Below are positions 27,238 to 41,989 of a DNA stretch of 64,000 nucleotides, in pieces. The notes under the pieces are model-generated. The model ran no database searches. It saw only the letters and a list, made by a program, of their open reading frames with translations, and was not told where the DNA came from. Source of the DNA: Chrysomallon squamiferum (lineage: Eukaryota > Animalia > Mollusca). The position numbers and the translations under genes were made by a program. Where the stretch lies: positions 17,794,001 to 17,858,000 of the forward strand of contig CM022665.1 in the NCBI GenBank assembly GCA_012295275.1, read 5' to 3'. The stretch's first letter is position 1, and every line of letters starts with the position of its first letter.

Positions 27238-27710
27238 GTAAGTGTCTAATTAATGATCCATGACTGGTTTACAACTTTGAAAACAACAGAAAATTAATTT
27301 CTGTATCAGATAAATTCTTTTCATCTGGCTTTGTCAAAAACTACTTGAGATTTTTATTTACTTATTTGTATGTTTTATTTTTTTTTTTACTGTTTGTTCA
27401 TGTTTGTCTGTGTGTGCATAATAAATAAAATTTAAAATGCTAAACTATTAGATTTCAAAGGTAAATATTTTTATTTCATTTAAAAAAAAAAATTAAAATA
27501 TCAACTTAAACATTGTAAATAGTATACATGTGTAGTTTAGTTATTACATTGATATCTTAGTTATAAAATTTGTGTATTAAGTACTTTAATTTATTTTTTA
27601 TTAATTAATTTTAATGCCACAGGCTTTTACAGCCCCTCCATAATTAACTTACTGAGCTTCAGAAAATTCTGGTTATAACTTAAGCCATCAGTTAATTATA
27701 TTTTATGAAC

Positions 27711-27746
<36 letters not shown>

Positions 27747-27946
27747 TATTATTTTTTATTATTCCTTATTAATTATCTTGACAAACTGAAATTAGTCCAT
27801 CTGATTACTATAGATATTTTTAACCTTTTTCACATTCAAATGCACATTCATTAACAATATAAATATACCCTAACAACTGTATGTATGTATATTGTTCATG
27901 TTTGTTCTGGTATCTATTAAGACCTTTTTCTTTTCTTTCTTTCTTT

Positions 27947-29599
27947 GGGTCATTCCGTGTCAAATCACCCAAAAAAAAAAGAAATTTAAACCCGACCGTC
28001 TCAGATTTTTATGAAACTTGGTATACTTGTTGACTGGGATCCCACAGCACCAAATCTGAAATTTTAGCTCAATCAGACCAGTGGTGTGGGAGATACGGCC
28101 CACCGAATTTTGAGATTTTTGCCCAAAATGGGTGTGACCACCAACCTTAGAACCCTCATATCTCAGGAACTACTGGGCCAATCTTCATAAAATTGGTATT
28201 GTTAGAAAGGCAAAATGACAAGGATACCAAATCTGCCATTTTTGTTTAGTTTGGAAAATATTGGAGTACCTTGACCTTTTGACCTTTGCTATGACCTTGA
28301 AATTGACCGTGTGGATCACGTGATCTTGAGATGACCTTTATTGAAATTTAATCTCCCACATGTTAACTAAAACATATAAAAGTTTCCTGGGTGTAATATT
28401 TTTTGTTTAGCCACAATATAGATTTAAAAAATGCACATACATGAAAATAACACCTTTTCAGCGATTAACATCTGATTAACTAAAACCTGAATGATCAATT
28501 CTGGATGCTAGGAATAACCGTTTCTCTTGATCATCGAGTAAGACATTGTAGGCCTACATGTATGCATAAAGTTCACATATAAAAGTTTCCTGGGTATAAT
28601 ATTTTTTGTTTAGCCATAATAGAGATTTAAATAAATGCATACCTGCATGGATGATTGATACAATGCATTACAATGTACATTTTCTCTGAGACTAAAAACT
28701 CATCTTTGGAGTTAAAACCCACCTGACATGTCTGAAGGAATGCCTGAAGGATATGAAAAGATGCCAAATGGCATGACATGTTTTACACAATCAGGCTGAA
28801 AGGGTTAACAGGAAGTGATGCTTCAGGCAGGTCAGGAACTCCTTTAGATCCCCTGGTGCAATCCCCATTGAGCACATGGCAATTAGAAGTTAAAGACAAA
28901 GAAGTTTCTTCATCTGCATTTCTTTGACAATCTGAAGCTTTTTAAGTTGGACACAGTGTCAGATGTTGATATATAAACAATATTTTTATTTCATAAAACC
29001 TATTAAGTAATTTTATCATGTCATGTGGGCCTTGCCATTGGTTTTGAACAAGGTTTCAGTCAACAACATTACAACCCAGTCTGAAATCAGACGTCATCAA
29101 GAGGTTTATTTTCATGTATGTGCATTTTTTAAATCTATATTGTGGCTAAACAAAAAATATTACACCCAGGAAACTTTTATATGTTTTAGTTAACATGTGG
29201 GAGATTAAATTTCAATAAAGGTCATCTCAAGATCACGTGATCCACACGGTCAATTTCAAGGTCATAGCAAAGGTCAAAAGGTCAAGGTACTCCAATATTT
29301 TCCAAACTAAACAAAAATGGCAGATTTGGTATCCTTTCATTTTGCCTTTCTAACAATACCAATTTTATGAAGATTGGCCCAGTAGTTCCTGAGATATGAG
29401 GGTTCTAAGGTTGGTGGTCACACCCATTTTGGGCAAAAATCTCAAAATTCGGTGGGCCGTATCTCCCACACCACTGGTCTGATTGAGCTAAAATTTCAGA
29501 TTTGGTGCTGTGGGATCCCAGTCAACAAGTTTACCAAGTTTCATAAAAATCTGAGATGGTCGGGTTTAAACCATTAGGTGATTTGACACGGAATGACCC
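27947..29599. mobile_element. Non-autonomous DNA transposon with ~500-bp TIRs (Sola2-like)
   Basis: 27947-28450 is the near-perfect reverse complement of 29106-29599; termini GGGTCATTCC...GGAATGACCC; CTTT on both sides, consistent with a 4-bp TSD but inside a (CTTT)n tract; no long ORF. The structure is clear; the family call is less sure. Confidence 0.85.
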
Positions 29600-29699
29600 C
29601 TTTCTTTCTTTCTTTTTTTTTTTTTTTTTTTTTTTTTTGTATGGGATAAAAGAGGATTGTTAGAAAAGATATTTATGAAATCTTATGTTTCCAAAAAAA

Positions 29700-30360
29700 G
29701 ATTCTGATTTGGTTTTGATGGTATATTGTGAAATAAATCAGTGTATATAAAGCTATAATTTAAAAGTAAGATGACAAAGTCTGTACAAACTGTGTTTGGA
29801 GGGCATATTTTATTGTGAAATAAATCTGAGTATACAAAACTATAAGTGGAAGGTAAAATGAACAGGATGATATATAAACTGTGCTTTGAGGGCATATTGT
29901 GAAATAAATTGGGCATATTTTATTGTGAATTAAATCTGACTGTGCAAAACTTTAAAATTAAAGTAAGATGACAAAACTCAGTTTGGAGGACGTATTGTGA
30001 GATAAATCTGTGTATAAAAAACTATATGGTGAAGGTAAAATGAACAGGATGATATATAAACTATGCTTGGAGGGCATATTGTGAAATAAATCTGAGTATG
30101 CAAAACTATAAGATGATGGTAAGATGACAAAGTCTGTATAAACTGATCTTAGAGGCCATATTGTGAAATAAGTCTGAGTATACAAAACTATAAAATGAAG
30201 GTAAAATGACATGGTACTATACAAACTGTGTCTGGTGGACATATTTTATTGTGAAATAAAATTGAGTATACAAAACTATAAGATGAAGGTAAGATAGACA
30301 TGTTGGTGTATAAACTAAGTTTGGAGGGCATATTGTGTAATAAACCTGTATATACACAGC
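29700..30360. repeat. ~75-85 bp tandem repeat (gggcatattgtgaaataaatctgagtatacaaaactata...)
   Basis: About 8-9 recurrences of 'tattgtgaaataaatctg' variants. Confidence 0.85.
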
Positions 30361-31795
30361 TGTAAGATGAACAGGGTACTGCATAAACAGTTTATTTCTG
30401 TGAGTGGTATGTGCTGTGGGCTGGACCATGCAGTGGATTACATTAACCCACATCAGTAAGGTTTTGTCATAGAACAGATTTCTCTCTACTTGAAACAAGA
30501 GAGGTCTGGAATATCCAGACTATATCACCAGCTATTGTACCTTCCAATCAGAGTTTACTTGTAGTAGTTAGGTTTCTTTAAACTCTTTATTTTTAATAAT
30601 TTATTATTATTATTTTTTTTTTTTACCTTATTTTTTTTTTTTATTATTTTTTTTTTCATTTTTTCATTTTTTGTTGTTTTTATTTATTTATTTTTATTAT
30701 TATTTATTCTCTTGCTCTCTCTCTCTCCCACCCTCCCTATAACATGCTAACAATGTTTGAACAGACTGACATCCAGAACAATGAACAGACACACAAATTT
30801 TATGTAACTAATTTTTTCTTTCATTATAATGTGAATAAGTTTTAGTTACTCCAGTGCTTATAATCTTTTTCTTCACTTTTTTCCTTTTTTTCCTTATTTA
30901 TTTATTTATCTTTCTTTTCTTTTTTTTCCTTCTTTTTCTTTTTCTTTTTATAAGCATCTCTCTTAACATATGAGATTTCATTAATAATTAAGCATCTGAA
31001 TCGAGTACAGATCAGCTGTTAATTAAAACTTCAAAGTGTTGTGTAACATGTATCATGACACTAGAAACACCTGGGGAGAATCTATGTATTAATTAAACTT
31101 CCAAGAAACTAGTGTCCTGTGTGTATCTTTGATAGAAGATTATGAAATACAGATGAGGGGTGATATACTGGCTGTAATATTTTATGATTCATCTCAGTTC
31201 TTGTGATGCTAATGAACTTGGTTAATAATAGATTTATGACAGGCAGAAACTGGCTTTCACAACCCTGCTACTGAATAACTAACAAATATTTAAGTTTGGT
31301 GTACCACATTCACTCTCTCAATCTGTCTTTTTATAACTCGTTCTTTCTCTCAAAGAAAAAATATTCACCTCTCTTTTTCTTTGTTTTTCCAAACTTTTTT
31401 CTCTTCCATTTTTTTAAATTTAATTTTTCATTTTGAATTTTTTTCTTTCACATCTGTGTGTCTCTCTCTCAAAGAAAAAATATTCACCTCTCTTTTCTAT
31501 GTTTTTATCCAATCTTTTTTCTGTCTCACTTTTTGTTTAATATTTTTCTCACTGACCCTGTCTTCTTCTGTCTCTCTAAAAGAAAAAAATATTCAGCTCT
31601 TTTTCTGTTTCTCTCTTTCTGTCCCATCTTTATTTATCCTCTTTTTCTGTTTTTCTCTCTCTCAGAAAGAGAATTTAGCTCTCTTCTTCTTCCTTTTTTG
31701 TTTGAACATTTCTCTTTCTCTTTCTGTCAGTGTCTCTATCTTTCTGTCTCACTAAAAGAAAAACTCAGCTCACTCTGTCTCTCTGTCTCTCTCTG

Positions 31796-31838
<43 letters not shown>

Positions 31839-33000
31839 GCAAAAACATCTTTCCTAGGCATAACATCATAAAAAGCTGAGAACATGTGTTAGATTCCACT
31901 AGATAACAGTCTAGCATTTTAAATACTTTATTGACATAATAGTGTTTATGTAGACATGTTTAATACTGTTTTATATAAACAGGTTTCAGACTGTTTATAC
32001 ATACATACATTTATACATACATATTTACACATTATATATATAAACCAAAAACAACCCTACATGTTTGTTTACAGTAATAACAAATTCTTCAAATCTGTTT
32101 TTTCTTCTGTAAAATAAAATTTGTTTTATTTGACACTATAATGGGTAATACATTATGTTTATGGCAAAAGTAAATAAAAAAGATTTTTAGTGCAAAGTAT
32201 TATTTAAGTTTGTGTGTGTGTGTTAAAAAAGTGAGAATAAAAAGTTGTAGTCTTTACATATTTACAAATATATTTACTAAGATACAGAGAGATAAAATAT
32301 ATTTACAAATCAGTTTAGTAATGCACATACTAATATAAAATTTATTAAGTTACAGTCACATAGATTTTCTGCAACAGTAAAATTAGACTGATTTATTTAT
32401 GAATGAATGTACTAAAATAAATGCAGATATAGCGAGGAATTATTAAGATAAATATATACATACACACACATTCACAAACATACACACACAGATATATGGA
32501 GAAAGAGAGAGAGACAGAGATAGGTAGATACAGATATATAGATTGATAAATAGATAAATAGATAGATGGATAGAAACACAGAGGTAGGTATGTGGCTAGA
32601 CAGGTCGATAAAAAATTATAATATTTTATATATATATAAAGAGAGAGCTTTTACAAATTATGTTAATCTAAGACATATTTATATAATTGTACTTAGTGTT
32701 ACTAATACATAAACTGTAATGTAACTGGGTGTTACTAACACACCCATACACACATATAGACATACATATAGACATATATATAATATATAATCATATATAC
32801 ACATATAAAACATATTTACAAATTATTGTGCTAGTATTACTAGGTATCTCTATGATGGTAGAACCAGTGTGACAAGGGAGTGACAAGAAAAGATTCTTAG
32901 TGATTAATAATTCAGTCAGGTACGAGAGTCCAAGGTAATCAGGGAAAGAGATGAAATGAAATCAGAGAAAATGAAAATAAAGTCGTTTATCATTGGACAC

Positions 33001-33105
33001 AACCCCCACTACTTATCTCAATTAGAAGTGGTCACTCTCTCAACCCCCCCTACTTATTTCAATTAGAAGTGGTCACACTCTTGACCTCCCTCAATTAGAA
33101 GTGAC
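33001..33105. repeat. Short tandem repeat (ctcaattagaagtggtcac, 3 copies)
   Basis: Direct reading. Confidence 0.7.
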
Positions 33106-35632
33106 CGAGATTAGAAATAAGTACAATGTGGAATCACTTACTAGCATGATGGTGGTTTTGGTGGTTTTTTTGTTTTTTGCTTGGGTTAATTTCATGAAGG
33201 TTAATGCATGCTTGTTGTGGACATTGTGAAAAGAAAGAAATTCTTATTAACAATTAGCAGTAAGGTGGTGGTGTTGTAGTTGTTGTTCTGGTTGTTGTCA
33301 CAACTGTAATATGTGTTATGTGAAAACATTAATGAAAATGAAAATACTTTTTTAAACAGTTTGATATTCAGCTATTTTTTTAATATTATTGTTATTTTTT
33401 CTTCTTATTATTATTCTTACTACAGCTACTGCTTCGGTTATTATAAGAATTTAAGTATGTTTCACACAGATCTAGTGTGTGTATTTATATGAACATATTA
33501 TGGACATATGTATGGTCCATTGTATGTGATATAATGGGTTATATGTATATGCATACAATGCTTATTATGGGTTATTTTACTAATTTTCACAACAATGAAT
33601 TGTAGTCGGATGTTATTTTTTTCATCTGTGTTTAAAGCATAATTGTCACGTGATTCTGGACATACTTGGCAAAGAGCTTTTTTGTACTAGATCAGAATTA
33701 GAGTGAAGATTAATGATTTACTGCACTGTTTTAATAATCCCTTAACACTGTTTGTTTGTGTGGTAAATGGAAAATAACAAACAGAGTGTGTGATATAGAT
33801 GTGCGTTTTTTTGGTTTCACTGTTTCAGATCTCTCTAAGCTTTTTAACATCTGTCAGTAATCTTCTTCATGTTGAAGATATCTGTTTGTTTGTGTATTGT
33901 ATTAAAATACATTTCCTCAAGAATTTTTTACTTCTGGGTGATAGACTGGTTTATGTACAAAAAAGTGCTACAGAAGCTTTTTTTTTTAAATTTAAAAAAT
34001 AAAAATCAATAAATCAATATTAAATAAATAAATAAAAAACAAAAAACAAAATAAAGAATATGTAGCAGAACAGTATTTAGCAATATTTTGACAGAATAAC
34101 TATTATTCTTTTTCTATTTTTTTTTCTTTCTCTAAGATTTTGATTTTTTTCAAAAATTATGAGTAAAAAAAACCCTAAAAATTAACAACACATACATTCA
34201 TAAAAGAAAAAAGTCAGAAGAAAGTTTTATTTTTTTTATTTGTATGTGTATATGTGCAAAATAAACAGACAATATTGTGCATGCATGTGTGCATGAGAGA
34301 GAGAGAGAGAGAGAGAGATAAAACAAACAAAAAACAAGAAAGAAAGAAATGAAAGAACATCTTTAACAGAGTTTCATTTTAACAATACGAGTCACCTTTT
34401 TTCTGAATCTACTGATTTATCTTATGTTTTCCAGCAGTACCCAATCCCAAACCCATATCCAGATAAGTGACTGACCCACAAAGAGGGTCATTTCCTGTCC
34501 TCACCCCACCATTAAAGAAAAATTTAATGTGAGAGTAATATGTTAACACAGATCATAGATTTTCTTACCAGCCAAGTACTACAGAAATATTGATTTGTCA
34601 GGTGAAGCTACTATCTGGATGTCACCCTAATTCAATTAGCTCGTGTCTCCAGGTCATCATTTTGAATTACGTACATCATTTGACAAGTATCAGTTAGCAA
34701 GTAATAATTTACTGTTGTGTAGATTATTGAGTCATAATTTTAAAAATGTAGATTATTTAGTCCTTTTTTTTTTCTTTGTTTTTATACATTTTTTATTAAA
34801 GTTTTTTTAATTTGTATTTTTTTTTTTTTTTTATTGTTTTATAGATTACAGACAGTTTCTTCATTTATATATTTTTTTAAATTATGTTGATTATTGAGTC
34901 TTTTTTTTTTTTTTTTTTTTTTTCTTAAATTATGTACATTTTTAATATATATCTCATTACTCTGAGCTATAATTTTAATTATTGATTATTGTAGATTATA
35001 GGACATATATCTGATTAGAGGGTCACAGTTTTGACCTAAATCTAGTTAGTAAGTTATCATTTTGAATTCTCAGACTAATGTGAGTGTGTATGTATGTGTG
35101 TTTGTGCGTTATTTACAGATAACGTGTGTTAACATTCTGCTGCAAAAAGTATTGGCAGTTTTTTGTCAGCTAAAACAAATTTATAAAAGAACAAAACAAC
35201 ATAATGACAAATACAGCTGATACATGATAAATGCAACATTATTTTCTGCATCTAAAGTTCAGTGATTAGAATGTTTGCCTGAGAAATGATGGACCAATGT
35301 ATATATCCTACTGAGGCAATCACTTCTGTATTTTCCAGTACCAACCATTATGATAGAATATGTTCTATACTGATTGGAAAGTTCACATTAAAACATTGCT
35401 TGTTAATTTCAGTATTATAATACAGTGACAGTAATAGGTTTCATCATTATATGATTAAAACAGTAGTCTTTGTCTTTGTCTGTGGGACACTGGGTTGGTT
35501 TGTGTGTTTATTGTGTGTATGATTTGTTTTTATTTTTTGTGCAGTTAAGTGTGTATATGTGTTTATCTTATGTGTGTATGTTTATGTATATGTATGGATG
35601 TATTTTAAAGTAATGCAAGCTTGTAGCTACAC

Positions 35633-35671
<39 letters not shown>

Positions 35672-37159
35672 TCACTTACATACCAACACCAACCCATACC
35701 CACACAAACACACACATACATTTTGCAGTGATGGCATTAACTGCAGATCAAACAGAATATTGACATTGAGACATGAAACAAATTAGTGATTGGTTTAGTT
35801 ACAATTTTAATATTCACATCCTCCAGTGTCTTACTAGCCACAGGTCAGTATCCCCTGTAAACTTTACTATCTACTTCATAGAACACCATACTGTTATGTT
35901 TTATATAGAACAGGTCATTAACTGAGTTAGCAACATTTATTTAATAATTATTAGTTAATTCAGAGTACTGTTTTATACAGATACAGGTTATTAATTCAAT
36001 TAACATGCATATGACATCATCATTAGCATGGACATCATATTTACTAGTTTAATGTGGACACTGTTATTAATTCAATTATATATTTAATAATGACATGATC
36101 ATCATATACGTGGATATGGTCTTTGCTTTTTCAATATAATGAATAATTATCAATGTAGGGTATATTTAATATTAACAGTTTAGTAGGAACAGTCATTAAT
36201 TCAGTTAGAAAAATATTGTACATGTTTAATATGTTAACAATGTATATTTAATATTACATCATCAGCAGCAGGGACATTATCTTTACTAGTTTATTACTTG
36301 AATTATTTAATAAGCAATATCATCAGTCTGGGTTTTAATGTCAGTGTTCAGAAAAATATGTACAGAGTTTATTAAATCAGCAGCTTATTAAAAAGGAACA
36401 TCAAGATCTCAGGTCAGTTCAGTGAATTTGTGTCACTTCTTGAGAAAGATAATTTTTCTGGACATGCAGTTATCCATAAACAAGAAAGGATGGTCACCTT
36501 TTTTTTCTTGTCACTGATTATTATTTAATAATTATTTGTAGTATATTCATAAAAAAAACTGCATACTGTTAAACATACATACATACATACATACACATGT
36601 ACATAAACATACATACAACCATAAATGCAACACATACACATACATAATTATGTACATATGTGAATACATACATAAATACACACACACACACACACACACA
36701 CACAATAACGCACGTTCGCACATATGTAGACATACAGAAAACACAGAGAATTCTACTTCAGCTACAGGGTTTAAGAACAATTTATCAGTAATTTTCTGCT
36801 TTGTTAACACCACAGCCAATGAAGTTTCTACGTCACTGGAATATATTCAGTGATGTGAATTCACATCACAGATTCACAAAGAAAACTTATCACAAAATCA
36901 TCATCTTTTCACAACAGTTTTATACAGCGTTAAGGTGTTAACATCAAACACACTTGGTGATACTGCTTATAAAACTAACTTTGATCCCTTAGATGTTACA
37001 TTCCAGGATTAAATAAATAGTGGTATTTAAAGAGTAACTTGTGACATAAATAAACAGCCTAACTACATTTTTGTATACTTTGACTAGGTTATTTTTATTT
37101 CATTCTTTGTTTATGGATGCTCACTGTGGCATGAGTAAATACCTCAATTAATTCTGTGT

Positions 37160-37495
37160 ATTTGAAGTGATTGTTTTCTTGTGTGTGAATTTTAAAGTTC
37201 TTTATTTTTAAATGTGCCTATTCTGTTGTGTTTAAATATGGTATTTCTGTGTTTTTTTAACTATGGCAGATCTAGATTTTTAAAGGTGGCAGTTTTCTTT
37301 GCATATTTTAGATGTGACAGTTCTGTGTTTTTGAATATGGCAGTTCTCACATGTGTTTAAATATGACAATTCTGTGTTTCTGAATGTGGAAGCTCTCTTG
37401 TATGTTTAAAAGGGATATTTCTTGATTTGTGAATGTGGAAGTTCTCTATGCATTTAAATGTGACAGAGCCATTTTTTCAAATGTGGCACTTTTTT
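37160..37495. repeat. Degenerate ~25-bp minisatellite (tttaaatgtggcagttct..gtg)
   Basis: Direct reading. Confidence 0.65.
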
Positions 37496-40400
37496 TTTTA
37501 AACATGTATTATGTCTGCTGTGTGATGTAACAGTTATACTGGAAGTCAGAATCATATCTAATATATCTGCAAAAATACATTTTTTATGTCTGTATAATTG
37601 CACCTGTGTTTTGATATCTGTACCCAGTCCCCCAAACTTTATCCAGAATGAGGTTAGTAAGTTTGCAAAAAAAAAGTAATTAAAATGGAAGTTGGTGTGA
37701 TGCCTTTGTATTCTTGTCAAACTGGACTGTTGCCAATAAAATAATCATTTGTTAATGTGCACTGAAACTCATGTCATAAACCTTTGAACCCTACAGTTCA
37801 GTTTCAAATCTGAAAAAATATAATTAGATAATGATAATAAAATACAGATGTGTTTAGTGTAGGTTATCTCAGTCTGAAAGCTTTGTTTTCTGGATTAATA
37901 CACTGTTAGTGTGAAGATATCAAATAATGTACAAGTTTTCTTTATATGACCTTTTTTTCTCTCTTTCTCTTTCTCTGACTCTCTTTTTTTTTTATACAAA
38001 AGAAAAAGAAAGAAAGACTGGGAAATGGTTTTCATTATTGCTCCAGTGATACTTAGAGTTTTCTGTTGGGAACCAAGTACCTGATATGTTTTATCTTTGG
38101 CATTTTGTACACTTAAGACAACACAGCAAGGTTGTTCAGTGTAACCTGACAGTAATACACAGTTTACTTTACTACTGGATAACACTGAAATAATTATTTG
38201 TGTGTAGCTAATTTCTTCCTTTTATTTTTATCATTGTCTTTCTTTCTGTTTCTTTGTCTTCGTGTCTGTCTGTTTCTGCAATCATTTTTCTTTTTCTCAC
38301 TTTTTTTTCTTTTCTTCCAGCCTTACTTCTAGTCTTACTAAGTTTTTGTTCTAATTCCATACCCAAGTCTACAGTCGAAACTGTCTCTCTGTCTCGCTTT
38401 TTTGTTCTTTTTCTATATCTTAATTTCTCTTCTATTTTCTTCTAATTCCATCCCATTCTATAATCAGTCTCTCTCTTACTCCATCTTTCTCTCAGTCTTT
38501 CTTTCCATAATTTTCATTCTCCCCATCTCTCTCTTTATCTCTCCATCTCTTGCTTTTTTCTCTCCCTATTACTTTCTTCATCTCACTCTTTCCATCCATC
38601 TTTCTCCCAATCTCTCTCTCTCTCTCTCTCTCTCTTCCCCCCCTCACTACTTCTATTTCTCTGTCTCTAAACTAAACTAAAGAGTATCCAGCACTAGTTA
38701 AGCTAATATTTTTTGCAACATGAATGTTCACAGATCACCTGGGCCAAGTAATGTTTGATCTATCTTTACCTGTATTCCAATTACCTGAGAACACAGCACA
38801 CCTTCGCAGCCGGAATCGGTGAACTCTGGTCCAAAAAAAACATTCCAGAACTGTTTCTACTGCCCCATTTATCCCATTTCTTCTCATTAAACACATTGCC
38901 TTTCTAAAAACCATCAACTTTTTCCTTTTTATCTTCTCCACGGATGTTTATGATGTGTTTCTAAATCATTTCATGGTTATGGATTTCTGCCTTATCTTCT
39001 TGAGCAGTAGCACGTGGTTACAGTACTAGACTGAAAGTGATGGTCTACAAGATCAGTCCTCCTGAGTGATGACCAATTTTTTTTTTCTTTTTGCTTTTTT
39101 AAGTTAGGACAGTGACTGGATCATATATCACTTTCTTTATCTATCTGTCTGTCTTAATATGTATATATGTAATTTTATTTTTATGTATGTATGTATGAAT
39201 TTATGATTTTATGATTCTGTATATATACATGATTCTGTGTTTGAGTATGTATATATATATATGTATATATATGTATGTATGTGATACATATGTATAGAAA
39301 TATATATAAAAACACATCAGCACAAAAACATGTACATATATATATGGTATGTGTGTGTGTTAATGTGTATATGTTTTTTGTGTGGTGTTTCGTTTTTTCT
39401 TCTTTTTTTGTATGTATGTATGTGTATATGATTGTGTACATGTTTTTGTGTGTTTTTATATATATATATCTGTATGTGTGTGTGTGTGACTAACACACCT
39501 GAAAGCCACCTGTCTTAAAACCTGTTGGTAGTAGGATCAAACCTACCCAGAGCTAACGGGAGAAATCACTCACTTAAATTAACATTATCATATAAACATA
39601 CACACACAGAGAAATTTATGTATAAAGGGTTAATTGTTAGACATGTACACATACACACACAGAGAAATTTATGTATATAGGCCATGCAAGTAAAAAAAAT
39701 AAGAACTACTGAAAAGAGACTAACATTTCTCGGTAAATGGATTCAGGATATCTGTGGGTGTTTGCTGTCAATGTGTAAACATGATCTTACTTTGTAGGTG
39801 AAATACATTAAACTGTTTGTTTTTACAAATCAGTTTTACACAAGATTTTGATATTTTTCTGTTTTGTAGGTTAAATACTAAACTGTATTCTTTTACCTGG
39901 CTAAATTAATTTTGGCATTTTTTCTATTCTGTGTGTTAAATATATGTTTTTATATGGATAGCATGTAACAGAGAAATACAGGAGGACTGCCACACTTAAG
40001 ACTGATTAGATTACTGTACCTAAACACATCTATTATATGACATCAATATTGTATTATTACCACATTATTACTGTTATTATTACATTATTCAATAATTTGG
40101 TTTATTGTGTAATGTAGTTTATACCATGTCATATTACATTGTTTTATATATACAGTATGTTACATTATATAACTGCACTTTGTGTTATCATTCAGTGTTG
40201 TAATGGGTTATTTATAATAGTAGTACAATTTACATAAGTATTACTAAAAAAGTACATTGTGTTACATTATATTACTGCATTTTGTGTTTCTATTCTACAG
40301 TATTGTATTGGGTTATTTAAAACCGTCTTATAGTATTTTACACATGTATAACAAAAAAAGAGTACATTTTCATTCTTAACCTTATCAAGACTGGTCAGTA

Positions 40401-40639
40401 ATAAAGTCACAGGTAAAAAAGTGACAATTAATTGATGGTGGCCGATGTTACCCAGATATACAAAGATCTAATGTTTTTGTTCTATTTTACAATGTTTAAG
40501 CTAAACTCATTAATTTACCATCAATTTTTAAAAAGTTAATCTTTCTGTTTAAGAAAGATGCAGAAACAGTGCTAACATTGTCCTGCTTTTTTTCTTTTTC
40601 CCATGACTTTTATCCTGTGACTGTGATTCATTGAAACAT

Positions 40640-40910
40640 ATACCCAGTGGTGCTGGGAGTCAGCAGATCAGTTTCTCTTGCTGAACTCATTTAACTATTT
40701 CATTTTGGCCAGTGCTCCACATTCACTGTAACAAAGGATGTGGTATGTACTGTCCTGTCTGTGGGTTGTTGCTAACTGGAAAAGAGTAGCCCAAGGTGTA
40801 TCAGTCTTCCTACAGTGGGTTTCATCTCCCTGTTATCTGAGTAGTTTTTAAACATGTACCCATAAATGCAATGTGTTGAATATATTGTTGAGTAGAACAT
40901 TTCCTTTCTT
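40640..40910 (+). mobile_element. tRNA-type SINE, best-preserved copy in the window
   Basis: Body ggccagtgctccac...aacaaaggatgtggtatgtactgtcctgtctgtggg...aaaagagtagccc...aatgtgttga...acatttcctttctt, shared with other dispersed copies. Confidence 0.65.
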
Positions 40911-40922
40911 CATTTTCTACAG

Positions 40923-41231
40923 GACTGGTTTTCAACCTTTTTCATACCACAACCCCTTATGAGCAACTCAGTATAACTGATGACTCCGTTTAAAATTTTT
41001 GATTCAATAATATCTTGGGTTACCATATTTTCATCAACCAAAGACAATACAGAAGGAATCTATATTCACTATGATGGGTCCCAAACCTATCTACACGTTT
41101 TTATTTATTCCTCCTTCCAAGTCAAGTTGAAAAAAGCTAAAACATACCCTTGCTCAAGAACGATCTCACAACCTAGGAAAAAAGGTTGGCGACCCCTCTG
41201 GGGGCTGCAATTCCCAGGTTGAAAACCTATT
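40923..41231. mobile_element. hAT (Charlie-like) MITE
   Basis: Inverted ends ggttttcaacct / aggttgaaaacc; 8-bp flanks ttctacag (40915-40922) and ctctacag (41232-41239), 7/8 identical with central TA. Confidence 0.7.
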
Positions 41232-41989
41232 CTCTACAGTATTGTTTGTGTTATAATTAAGTGTTCAGATCTCATATTGAGGTATAGGCTATAGTTCACT
41301 TGTTAATCTTCTCTCTGTTTTCTTATTCATGTTGCATGACTTTCACTCTGTTCTTCTGTGTCTCCCTCTCTCACTTTCTCTATCTCTTTTATTCTCTTTT
41401 TCTCATACACACACCCACACCCACACACACACACACACACACACACATACTCTCTTTCTCACACACACACATACACTAAATTCACAAAAATACATATACA
41501 ATATCCCATGCTCCTAGGGGAAAAAAATTATCAGGTTTTAGCAGAAATCTGTAATTATGTGAGAAATAAAAACTGTTTGACATCCATCAGACAGAAAAAG
41601 CAAAATTAATCAGTGAGGTCTAGTCATGTCATTAAACTAATCCAACTCTATTATACCCTGCAGTTTCACTTTAAAGACTTTAATGTTAAAGTTACAAATA
41701 TTCCATTTTCTGTTACATGCACGGTGTCTGAACAAATGTCAGTGCATATGTAACATTACAAATAAAAATTGGTGTTGGCAAAATGTCAGATTATCTCTTG
41801 TATAATATCTATTGATCTTGTATTTGAATGTAATATAGCATTCAGCTGCATATAATAAATATTCATAATTGATTCAGACTGCTGTAGTTATTTTCTATCA
41901 CACTGGCAGGATTACTTACACTAATAGGATAAATATGACAGGAATTAATGTTCAAATTACTGGTTCAGGCAAGTTTGTTGTGGACATGA

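Noticed and set aside
31381-31871. Hydrophobic F/L/S-rich ORFs that look like membrane proteins (also 4737, 18920, 26773, 38254, 49421, 61243)
   Set aside because: Products of TC-, T- or ATT-rich low-complexity non-coding sequence, with no domain signal or exon structure.
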